Of a stretch of 64,000 nt of DNA, positions 45,915-58,600 are shown piece by piece. Source of the DNA: Bugula neritina (taxonomy: Eukaryota; Animalia; Bryozoa); the NCBI GenBank assembly GCA_964035545.1, contig OZ037768.1, positions 16,723,875 to 16,787,874 of the forward strand, in the 5' to 3' direction. The notes beneath the pieces are model-generated. The model was not told where the DNA came from. It ran no database searches and saw only the letters and a list, made by a program, of their open reading frames with translations. A program made the translations under genes and the position numbers. Position 1 is the first letter of the stretch, and each line of letters begins with the position of its first letter.

Positions 45915-47318
45915 TTAACCCAGCAGATCAGATACAGATATCTTCACCTTCTCGGATTTTCCTGATTCTACAACAAACTCAGCTGCTTGTGTATATGTGC
46001 AAGATACATTATGTATTGTCTTATATATGTACAGTATATATTATATGCAATATATGTATAACATATATATTATATACATTGAGCATCTATACAATATTAT
46101 GTATGAAACATATCTTGTATATATGCAATGTATATTATATACATTGTATATATAACATACAGTATATAAAAGACAAACACATATGTAATATAATTGAAAT
46201 ATCTTCAGTGGTTAAGCTCTAGTTAAAGGAGAGTAAGGGAAATTGAAAAAAAGTTCAACTTTGTGGATACGCATATATATCAAAGCCTAAACAAAATGCT
46301 GAGTGTGAAAATATATTTATCAACAGATATATAATAATATTTTATCAAGACCATCTAATAGAGTTATCGTTATTTGCATGGTGCTATGCATTGTATTGTA
46401 TGTAAATCTAGATAACATCTATAAGTTGTTATTGCACCATCAACTATAATATTATTATCATTAAAATATACTGCTTTTTTGCCTGTTGTACACACTTAAC
46501 AATTATAGCTAGGTTGCAGTAAGTCATTTGTTTATACATATACGCATCAGCGCTCGTGTACGTTACTTACTGCACTGACAAGTTGGGCAGCCTCTAGAGT
46601 CCCTAACATTTCCGTACCGGCAGTACCTTTTGCATACAGGTCCACAGGTTACTGGTCTCCCACTAATAACAGCGCTGTTTACTACAACACCAATACGTGC
46701 ATGCGACATATTCTGTAAACTCAACTATAAGCGTAGGGCCACACGGCGCGTTTTACACGTTCGTGACGTGCGAGAAAACCCGTATAGACCTGCCACACAC
46801 AGTGAGTGTGTTGCGAGTGAGAAAATTTATTCGCCAATAATGTTAGCGTTAAACTTCACTGCTCGCCTACAAACATTTGTTTATAAAACTACGTCATCGG
46901 CAAAGTGACTTAGATATTATAAAAGCGGAAATACAAATTATATGAAACTGTTTTAAATCAGTTCGCTAAAAGCTAAAATAAAAATTGAAATAAAAAAAGT
47001 GTGCTTGCTAAATGATAATGAGCCAATTAGATCAAACACACACGAGCTTGCCACACTTCTCGCTCAGCATGTTAGACGCATGAAAATCCCGCTCACGACG
47101 TCCCATTTTTGAGCTAAATGGGTTTTCTCGCACTTCACAAACGTGTAAAACGCGTCGTGTGGCCCTACGCTAAATTGATCAAATTCAGTACGGTAGTTAG
47201 CACGATGTGCTTTGAAACAAATAGACCAATTATTTTGACAATATGCTCTATTGGTAATTTGCTACTCACCTGTGTATATGAAGACCAATAGACCAATAAG
47301 TATAGCTACCAGCTTCAT
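45915..47318 (-). CDS. Secreted single-domain antistasin-like peptide, copy A (70 aa)
   Basis: Exons 47318-47270, 46681-46571, 45967-45915: MKLVAILIGLLVFIYT-VNSAVISGRPVTCGPVCKRYCRYGNVRDSRGCPTCQC-KSGKSEKVKISVSDLLG*. Confidence 0.82.
46731..47170. mobile_element. 440-bp PIF/Harbinger (Tourist-like) MITE in intron 1 of antistasin-like copy A
   Basis: ~50-bp TIRs GCGTAGGGCCACACG(G/A)CGCGTTTTACACGTT...GAGAAAACCC, with TAA on both sides (46728-46730, 47171-47173). Confidence 0.88.
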
Positions 47319-48660
47319 GATTATTTTTACGCCACACCTGCTGCAATAAACTTTGACTGATCTTGTTGATAGTTTATTGTACAACTAGTTGAAGTTAGCA
47401 ATAGGTGACTTTAAGTCCATATGATGCTTCCCAGCATATAGGTAGTTTCATTATCTCTCTATTCTTCACACAAGTTACTAAATTTAGATTTGTTGGTTTG
47501 AATAGAATGAGTATTAAGTGGTATTTAACCTGTCATACAGCTTTGAAAATATTGCATAAGTTTAGTTGAAAAGTTTCAAGCAAAGGATGAATACAATTAT
47601 ATTTAAACTAAACGCTTCCATTTAATAGTAATCATATAGGATATGTTGTAAACTAATTTACAAATAACAGTAGCAAATTTTTGAGTTAATTTAAATCAAC
47701 ATGCATGCATGCATGCTATAGTGACATAGTGGCAAAGTATATTTTCCTGTAATTATTTTTTGTAAAGACAATCTATTGATTTTTTCGATAATTTTTTCAC
47801 TTTTTCACGTGTGCGTGGTAGAAATATTCTTATAAGTAAAGAACGCCTGACACACTTTATCTATGCAGTGTTGAAATACTTATACTTATATTATATGTTA
47901 TTATCTACAGACTTTTTAGGGGTTGTATTCTCAAAAAACTTGTTTTATAATAAATTTCATGCTAACATGCCTTGAATTAATTTGGGATTTAATAAAAGAT
48001 GGCATATAACTATATGCTAACAGAAAAATAGAAGCATCCACTTTACAGTGTGTAAAATAATGTATGTGTTGATAATAGTAACATTGGCACCAACTACTAA
48101 TTACTAAAGCCTAGGTTATATAGAAATGAGACCAATTGCTTTATAGAGTATTCCATAGAAAAAAGGGAAACCGGTTAAAATAGTGAGAACTAAATTTATT
48201 TACTAACAGTCAAATGCTAATAATTAAAAATGTTGTAGCTGTCATAAGTAATAGAAACATCACCTAGTAATACAAGTAAAGGCAGGTACAAGCACTCTAT
48301 TCAATAACAATGTTATAACCAATGCAACAAATATAAGCCTAGCCTCTCTTCTCTTATGTCTAGTGGTATAAGAGAAGAGATTGCACCCCAATCTTGAGTC
48401 ACTTGGTAAAAAAATCACAGATTGATAGAAATAAAAACATTAAGTGACGAAAAACAAGGAAACATCCATTCATTATTAAAGAGTATTATCTTCTAATTGT
48501 AGTCAATTTCTGTTTCTCTTTGCATTTAATAGAAAAGACTACAAATTTTATTCTTGTTTCAATTGACAAGATTACAGTAAGCTAGAAACTTCAACATTCC
48601 GCCTATTTACATCCAATTTATTTGTATCTCGTTTGATATAAACTGTAGAAGTAAATCTGA

Positions 48661-49280
48661 TCACTGTCTGTATGAGAGTTTCTTCAAAGGCTTGGCATAT
48701 ATTGGTTGGAGTATCTCAAACAAGGCGTAAAGTAAGAGAGAGGCAATGAATGATATCACCATGAATGACAAGATCAATATTCTCGGATAGTATGTAGAAT
48801 CATATACCTGAAAGAAATTCAAGACACAAGTAACATAGAAAGAAACAATTAAAAAAAGTAAATATGCATGGATGCAACATGGAATAACAATGCTTACTGT
48901 AATATCTATTTCAGTTTCTCCTTCTAGAGATTCTCGTGGTGCAAACCATAAAATCAGGCTAATTATAGCTGCGAGTGGTACTAACACTAAGCCAGCCATT
49001 CTAAATAAAATGAAAGACATAGTATGGTAGAAGTAGATTAATGCACATCATTTTGGTTATAACTTCAACAACCAATAAGGTTTTCAAACACCAGCAATAC
49101 CTTCATGTGTCAAATAAATATTACAAAGTTATCACTCCTTTATTATAGTTGTAAAGAAACTCACTTAGCTGGTCCATCTAGTCTAGATAGTAGGAGGGCT
49201 ATGACCAAACTACCTAGGCACAGCGTGGAGATAATAATTAACCCGGGACCAATTGCTACATCCTGATTTGTTGAAGACAT
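48661..49280 (-). CDS. TMEM218: Transmembrane protein 218 (ciliary transition zone), 121 aa
   Basis: Exons 49280-49165, 49000-48898, 48807-48661. Three hydrophobic helices, IGPGLIII, LWFAPRE, and C-terminal LQPIYAKPL (recalled human LEPIYAKPL). Confidence 0.85.
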
Positions 49281-50182
49281 GTTGATGCTCGCTCTAAAAC
49301 ACAAAAGTTTAACTAGCATACATAATATGAATTAAGCTAAAATATTTTAAAATTTTCTTTACTTATCAATGGTAATTCAACTTGTTTATGTTTATGCCAA
49401 ATAAAAATAAAATTATACAATATTGGTAACATATATTAATATCAAATTGTACAAGTTAAACAAATTTAAATATTTTAGGGAAAATAAATCAAAATCATGG
49501 TCAACATAATAATACTAGTACTTGCAAAGTGCACTTAAATTCACCTCCTATAGGTCCTGAATAACATACATAAATCAAATGATGCGCAAACACACAAGTT
49601 TATCCCAAACTCTAAAAACTAGAAACGATATAATTTTAATGGTTTCAATTCCTATTTAAACATTTTAAGTTGTTATTTGATTGATTTAGTATCATAATTT
49701 ATAGTGCTATCACATGTGCTACAGTGCTGCAATTTTACAACTTGGAGGAACAGATTTTACAAGCTGTGATGCTTGCAATAATTGGTCAACAGAAGATGCA
49801 TGGTTATAATATAAACATCAAGATGTAATCCCAAAGAGCTAAACATGATGAAATATATAAGGAGTCAGAGAAATAAAAGCAAAAAAAATAGCTTGAGAGA
49901 AAATTGATAATTTAAGAAAAATTTGAGTTATAAAGAATGTTTGAGAAGCTAAAATAATTTGATTTATATCCAAAAGTAGAGAAAATTGAGAACATATGAA
50001 GAGTACGGGAAGAACGTATATAGAGTTGACTTAGATGCAGTTAAGTAAACTCAAATACTAATTCCTGAAAAAAGCAAAAGCATTCAATCATGGGTACAGG
50101 AAGCATTTTTAACTTTATAGTATTGTATTTCTTCAGTATATCATTTCATTTTTTGTTCCGACTAGTATTTTTTAGATATAGT

Positions 50183-53100
50183 TTTTGAGAAACAATCATG
50201 CGATCCGATCGCTAATCACATGGCATACACGTGACAATATACTAAATAGTTTCTGTACTATAATCGTTGTATTCTTTTTATTCTTTTTTTCCGTTTTCTG
50301 TAATATGAGCCATCGTGCCATTTTTCATTCAAGTAAATATTTTATTAAAAATTAATTAAATCAGTCTATCAATTTGCTCAATACGTTAAAACATCAATCA
50401 ATATAAATACCACCAACGTATTTCATAATTAATACTCTACACAATAGTGAAACATTCAACAGGTTATGGGCCCAGTGGCTTCAAACACAGACTTCTTCTT
50501 CATGGTGACCCAAACAATTTTCCAATTAGGGAAACAAGATTCACATCATACTTGCACACACAAGATGAAGGCGTACACACTGCCCTTCTACCCATAAAAG
50601 AAGGAGGAGACAACGCTGATGATTTTAACAAAAAGAACAAGCGAGCCTAAACTGAATTAGTACAAGTTCTGGATGAAAAGTCTCTTCAACTTATGATGAG
50701 ACGCCAAAGATGATGGAAAAAACCGTTCAAAATTCAAAATACTAACTCTCTATGAACAGCTCACGACTGTAAAAATGACTGATACAGAAGACATCACAGA
50801 TTACCTGATTCATGCTGAGAACTACTCAGCAGGCCTCAAGTCTGCTAGGGAAAATATCAGCAGCAATTTGGTGAACGCAATGATCTTGAAAAGATTACCA
50901 ACATTCCAACAGTCTTCCGTAGTAGTGCACACCCAACTAGACAAAAATTAAATCCTATCACAGTTCAAAGCAGCTCTGACCAACTTTGACCTTACTAAAT
51001 CGGCTCAGTGCTTTCAATCCATCTAGAGGAAGAAAAAATTTCAAGACCCCAAACAAACATGATAAACAGTGCATGGCCTGTGGGAAAAAAACAATCATTC
51101 TACAAAGGATTGTTATTAAAGATCCAAACTATTTTGTAACTACTGCGATAAAAATAAACATATTGAATCAGTGTGCATGACAAAGAAGAAGACCAATAAA
51201 ACAGAAACTTCAGCTGCAAATGCCACATATGCCTTCACTGTTAATGTATCAGACCAATGCAACGTAGCCACACAAAACAAAAGTCAAGACGGACAATTGC
51301 TGATGGTAGACTGTGAAGTGACAAGTCATCTAGTCAACAGTGAGAACAACTTCCATTAGTTTTGATAAAATTTTCAAGAGATGGCTGATGGCCACAAAAT
51401 AAACCAACTGAGTGTAGCCAAAAGCACAGCACAATTCACCATCACTGATGATAACAACATTGAGCAAAGGATCCATCTAAAAGACGCCTTGCTGGCACTA
51501 ACAATCTCAACAAGCCTGTTTTCAGTTCACGCTGTCACATAAAAAGGGGCAAATGTAAATTTCTCTAGAAAGAAAAATATACTGACAGTCAATAAGACAA
51601 CTTTTTCAATTATGCCGAAAGGCAAACTGTATTTTCCCAGGACAACAAATACCGGCAACCCAGTAAACATCGCAGAATCTCTGCCCGATTGGCACAGGGC
51701 ACTGGGTCACATGAACAGCAATGACATAATTCAGCTAGAGAAAGTGACAACAGGTATGACCATAATGGGAGCAAAACTAAAAATTACATGCAAGACATGT
51801 GACAAAAGCAAAATCACAAAACAACCTCAAACAAGACGATAAACCTGAATTAGCTACACAGCCTCTACAACGTGTACACTCTGACTTATGCGGACCCATC
51901 ACACCAACTGCTAGAGGTGGACAAAGCTATAAAATAAACTTTATAGATGAATTTTCCAGTATGTTGCTCACCTACAACATATCACACAAAAGTGATGCCA
52001 CCATTGCACTTGAGCAATTCATTGCAGATGTGGCACCCATAGGAAATGTGAAGGAGATCCACACTGACAATGGCATGGAAAACCCTAGACAGCCATTTGA
52101 AGCCGTGCTACATGAGAGGGCAATCAAACACACCACCACAGCCTTCTACTCACCTTGCCAGAATGGTAAGTCAGAGGACCTAGCGTACCATAATTGGCAC
52201 GTCACTATGCCTACTCAAAGATTCAGATCTTTTCAAGACTTTCTGAAGTTTTGCTGTTGACCGTGCCAAGTACCTGCAAAACCGAAGCTACTAGAAGCAA
52301 ACGGGAAATACAGCCTATGAGTTATTTACAGGCACACCCTTCGACATGAGGAAAATTTACAATTTTGGATTTCAATGCACATTCTGCTCAGAAGGAAATA
52401 AGTTAAAGCTCAGTAATCGCAGACAAAGCGGCATATACCTTGGTGTCAACACAAAGAGCCAAAGCTACCTTATACTTGCCTCTAATCAGAAAATTGTCAC
52501 ATCCAGAAATATCATACCACAAAAATGCGGAAATGACGCAGTAAGCATCATGCCACAAGGACCCGCACAAAACAGCAGAAATGGTACTCAGAATACCCGA
52601 CCACAAGAATCTGCACCAAATCCGGCAAATGCCACTGCCCAACCTGGACCATGTAAACCAGAACAGGTGAAATTCAACATAAAGCTAGATACGTGGCAAA
52701 AGGATACTAGCAAATACAAGGAGTTGACTATGACGAAACTTACAGTCCAACCACCAGATTCACATCGATCAAATTGCAGTTACAGAAAGCAGCAAATGAA
52801 AACATGAAGATACATCAACTAGATGTTAAAGGGGCGTACCTAAACGCACCAATTGATAAGGAAATCTATCCACAACAGCCTGAAGGGTACGAAGAAACCG
52901 GAAGCCAAGAGAAGCTTTCTTGTTGTCTCAACAAATCCATATATGGTCTCAAACAAAGCGGACGGAATTGGCACCAAACACCAACCAGTTTCCTCAAAGA
53001 ACAAGGCTTCAAACCTGGTGCCGGAGACCCTTGCCCATATTTAAAAAAGGACCCTGCAGACAAATCAGCCAATATCATCATTTTTGGGTTGATGATATCC

Positions 53101-53802
53101 TTCTCTGCAGCCAAGACAACAGAATCACACAAACCAAATCTATGATGCAACAAAAGTTGAACATGGATGATAGAGGAGAATTAACCTGGTTTATGGGGAT
53201 AGACTTCAGGAGACAAGGAGACCAGTACACTATGTCACAGACTTCATGAAAAAACATTCCGGATAAAACAGAGTAGCACTAACATGCTTTTCACTGACAA
53301 CCTTGGAGCCATTGCCATCACTAAGGGACAACCATACTCGCATCAGAGGAGCAAACACATTGCCATTGGATTCCACTTCGCCAGAGCAAACCACCATAGT
53401 GTACCAACACATCAGAGGAGCAGAGAACCCTGCCAATGTCATGACTAAGAGCTTGCCTAAAAGTAATCACAGAATTGCACTGGAGCTACTAGCTATCGAA
53501 TCATATGCTTGAAGGGGGCGTGTTGAGAAACAATCATACGATCCCATCACTAATCACGTGACTATCGCGTGACAATATATTAAATAACTTCTGTACTAGA
53601 ACCGCTGTATTCTTTTTTATTCCTCTCTTCCGTTTTCTATAAAATGGGCCATCGTGCCATTTTTCATTCAAATAAATATTTTATTAAATACTAAAATTAA
53701 ATCAGTCATTCAGCTTACTCGATAAGTTAAAACATCAATCAATATAAATATCACAAACGTAATTCATAAATAACACTCTACACAATGGCCAAACATTCAA
53801 CA
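50183..53802 (+). mobile_element. Decayed Ty1/copia LTR retrotransposon (3.6 kb)
   Basis: LTRs 50183-50461 and 53521-53802 (TG mutated to TT in the 5' LTR, both end in CA); 5-bp TSD ATAGT; PBS GGTTATGGGCCCAG (50462-50475); PPT GAAGGGGGCG. Fragments occur in copia order: gag, GAG-pre-integrase WHRALGH, integrase VHSDLCGP/TDNG, RT HQLDVKGAYLNA/YGLKQSGRNW/WVDD, RNase H ENPANVMTKSL. Many stops, frameshifts and deletions. Confidence 0.95.
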
Positions 53803-55650
53803 ATAGTGATATTCGTAAAAACAATTTTAATCCAAACTGCCAGTATAAGTGCTAATAGGGATAGAATAACAGTAAAATTATTAGCTGATGACTAATGAGT
53901 AATGATTCATCACTGAATAGGAATTATCTATTAATAAAACTTTGAAATAATAAATATAATACAAAATTAAAAATAAAATAGATAGATAACTTTTTTTATG
54001 AATAATAACCTTAAAAGTAAAGTTAAACCTCAACATTAGAACTGATACTAATAATAATAGTAATGCTAATACTAATACTAATAGTAATAGTAATAGACAA
54101 TAACATTAACTAATACTATAAGTATAAGTATTACTTTTTTAGTACAAGTATAACATAAGCTATATCATTAACTTCAAGTATAAGTATAACTATAAGTAGG
54201 TATAAGCATTACTATTACTATTACTATTAGTATTAGTATAACTATAACATTAAGTTTAACTATAAGTATAAGTAAAGTAAATCTGTGTTTTCAATGCGGC
54301 CAAACCATAACTTCATAGTTTACCTAAAAAGAGATGAGTTTAAAAAAATCTCTTAAAAGATATGCTAAAAAATTTTTTTGTATAATGTTCTTTTTTCAAA
54401 TGTTTACAAAAGCACTCTAATTAATATTTTTTATTTTAGGAAAGTTCAATTTGTTTCCAAGGAAAATTGTTAGTGTTAGTCTGAGTTCCATAGTATATAA
54501 CTAAAAGAAAAATTGACCATATTAGAATAATATTCTGTGTGTATAAAGTACAGAGCTTTACCTGCGTCGTGAAACCTTTTGCCAAACTAGTCTGATCACC
54601 TTGACCTTATTGTTGGTTTACTGCAAAAGACGACCTTGACACTACAAACGTAATTTGTGGCTGATATATTACAGCCTATAGGCAACATTTCTTAAATACA
54701 ATTTACACAATTGTAAAAGCCGATGGGTTGGTGAATTCGAGCAGTAATACATACACGAAATCAGTTGTACTTGTTTATGAGTTATGGTAATAATAATTTT
54801 TTTTAGCTAATAATTATAATATCATAGAATAGCTATTGCTTAGCTTATGCTTATAGTTATTATAATTCTTATAGTTATTCTAAATCGCATTTGAAGTAAT
54901 TTTTTTTATTATACTAGTCATTTATGACATTGGTTATCTAAAGGTAAACTGTAAATCTTCGACTCATAATCAACATCATTATCATAATGATAATGCTATT
55001 GTCAGACTGAGTGAGTATTGAATTTGATACTCATACTTATAGTCATACTCAATATCATAGTCATACTCATGGAGTATTACAGTGATAGTCATTGCAATAT
55101 TAATTGTTTAATTAGAACTATTAATTGGAATTTCTCTTTCTATAAATAATAATTTATTAATATTAATATTAATATTAATATATAAATATTTTTACAATGA
55201 AATTTAATTATTATGAATGATATTGATATTGATAATATCTTATTATTTAATTTATGCTATAAGTATAAGTATAACCTTATAAATAATATTACATTTAATA
55301 TAAGTACCAATAGTAATACTGTTACTGTTAGACTTAGTATTACTACTACATTTACTCACTAAATAATAATCAAATAATCAGTATGGCATTTACTATTACA
55401 TAAAGCATAGGTGTATAACTATTAATATTACTATTAGTATTGCTGTTGTTACAGCTATTAGTATAAGTATTATTAGATAATCATAATCACAATTATTGAG
55501 AATAATCGTAATCACTAGATTTATTGCAGTATTTTTGTTAGTAATACTTATGTTCTAAATGTAAATAAAATGTCTCACTGATGAGATAATAATAGCAGGA
55601 AATGCTTAGCTTTTATATTATGCTTTTATTTTTAGAATCAGCTAAAAACT

Positions 55651-58600
55651 ATGGAATCTAAGCCACTTAATGATGTCACTGATTTAGAAAAATGGCTAGG
55701 AGAACTTGACCTCCAAGGTAAATTTTGTTTTATTATCATGTAGGATTGCAAGTTATTTCTTGATTTTCTATGAGTGCATTATTGGCATTTGTAAGTCTAT
55801 GAACAAATGCAGGGTCTGTAGAAAGCTTCTTGGATCCAGACTTTGATGTAAAGGAGCAAGCCAACACCGTGTTACAGAGTGGGATATCAATATCAACTCA
55901 ATTGAGCAAAATCTCTGAAGGTATTATTATTCTAAATAAAGAACTTCATGCACAGGTCGTGGCACACCATGATAATCTTCTCTCACAAGCTACTGGAGTT
56001 GAAACACTTGAAGGTATGTATTATATATCAGATAGAGTGCATACTCTACGAACTTGCCTTTTTTTTTGTTTACAATATACAACTTACTCTTATTTTATTC
56101 TAAGTATTATTTGTTATTGATTCAGTTTTTGCATGATATTTCATCATATTTGGCGATTGATGCAGCTTGGAGAATTGCTTGCTTCATGTTTAGTTTATAT
56201 TGATTTAACTAAACGACTTACCAGCCTGGTAAATTAAATTTTTGTTAGTCTGATTTTCTCTGTGTTTTTTGTTCTTAAAATAATTATGAAATAGCAATAT
56301 GCTCATAAATCTGGTGAATAAATGAGTGCATGTGTTGCGTAGGTGTTTTACAAATGATGCACTCAAGGATTCAGTCACTGCTGAGCACCACGGAAAGAAT
56401 TCGTAGTAAAGTGACAGAACCTTTCAACAGGATTACTATGAGAATGAACCAATTGACTCGATTACAGGAAACATGTGACATGCTGAGGCGTGTCATCAGA
56501 ATTCTTTATCTTACTAAAAGGTTGAAAGTTCAACAGCAAGGTGGTGTCCGGGAAATTACGAAAACTGCTCAAAGTCTGAGTGAATTACGTACGTGTTTTC
56601 ATGTCTTAAGTTATAAAGGGCTGTTGCTTACAAATTTGCACCAGTACAATATTTACTTTATGCCTACAAGTTAAGTGCATTTATAGACATTATGTTGAGC
56701 GTATTATAATTTATACATACAGATGGTGTATTTTTCATATAAATTTGTTACAGGGATGCTGTCTGAAGGTGTTGATTTATCGGGAATTGAAGTACTGGAG
56801 AATGACAAGCGGATCATATCACAGGTCAGAGTGGAGGTCGAGTCTCAAGCACAGAAAATGCTTCACCTCGGAATGACAAACCTGGTAACATTACTTAATA
56901 CTTAACATCTGAGTGTAGAAATTAGTGTATTGTTTTAAAGATGACCAAATTCCTTCATGACTACACAGTTTGTGTTGACTGATCATTCATCTGTACTACT
57001 AGTATAAGTATTTACTACTAATATAAGTATTTACTACTAATATAAGTATTTACTTCTAATATAAGTATTTATTAATACAAGTATTAACTACTAATATAAG
57101 TATTAACTAGTAATACAAGTATTTACTACTAGTATGAGTATTTACTACTAATCTAAGTATTTACTACTAAAATAAGTATTTACTACTAGTATAAGTATTT
57201 ACTACTAGTATGAGTATTCATTGCATTTGCTGCATGCTTTCATAGAACCAGAATCAGGCTGGTACAGCTCTCCAAGTGTTTTATAACCTCAACTTGCTGA
57301 CTAGAACAGTGGATGACCTGATGACTGAGTACGAGAGTAAGATTGAGACATCTATTGACCAGACAGTAGATCTGCAGAAGTTGTCAGCCAATAATGAGAC
57401 GGCTCTGGCATCGGGTGAGTTGCTTAATTCTGTGTTTTTCTTACTGGGAAGATTCTCATGGCTGCAGTTTATATGTCTTCTCTTGGAACAGCGTGTAAAA
57501 CTGTTCTATTCTTGATGAATGAAGTGCATCTTGTAAAGTTTGGAGTTGCTTCCCCAAGTTTGCAATAAGTTAATCTTCATAGATGGCGTTTTCATTTTAT
57601 ATCAAAGTGATGCTTTCAGTAAATCTTTAATAATTATTGATTTATAATGATTTTATTTTGAAACTTCAAATTAATTTCACAGTCAGCCCTTCATTCACAA
57701 GTTGTTGATGTATCTTGTTGTTGTTTTGCAGCGTCTTGTTATATGCTGCCTTAGATATTATGCAAGATCGCCATGTTATTATTGCTGTTGACGTTCAATA
57801 ATAGTTGTATAATAATGCGTTTATTGTAATCATAATTTGTCTGTTCACTCACATAAGAGTAGTGTAGGACACCTATTCATGCTGATCATATTGTAGGGCC
57901 AGGACGTGTAAATCTGCCAGTGAACTCAGCTTTATTTAGAGCTAATTTATGGACAGCTATGGAGAAGTTGATGGAGAGTATATATTCTTCTTGCGCTCAG
58001 GTAAACTTTCATATATGTAGTATCTGGTGAGCCAAAGCTTTCTCTAATAAAACACAATACATTTATTGAACTGATTTAGAATGGTCCAACTTTTAGAAGT
58101 CAACTCCACTCAGTTGGTATCCTACATTTTATTGCATGGATAAAGCTCAACCTATGTTTCCCCAGTTGCTGGTTAACAAGTTAGCGAGCATATTTTACAA
58201 ATATAATACAACTTTAGGAAGGTCAGCTTGTACATGAGGATTGTCGTAGCTTTTTGTCACAGTCACAACTTTTCTGTCTGATTTTTATTTTCAAGTTTCT
58301 ACTGTTGAAATATATTTCCTTAATTTTGTATTTTTTTATTGTGGCCTTTTAATTTTGGAGGTTGGAGACAATGCTTATGCAAATCATATCAGCAACTATC
58401 AGAATGTGAACTTCAGCTTTTTTTAGTAATTTTAATATTTTTATTAGTAATTTCAATTTTTCCCCTGAAGTTGCATAATGTGACCATTGCCATGTTTGTA
58501 GATTCATCACTTACAAAGAGTGTTGACTAAAAAAAGGGATCCAGTGACTCAAGTCTGTTTTATTAATGAATATGTAAAAAGTTCTGATTCCAAACTATTG

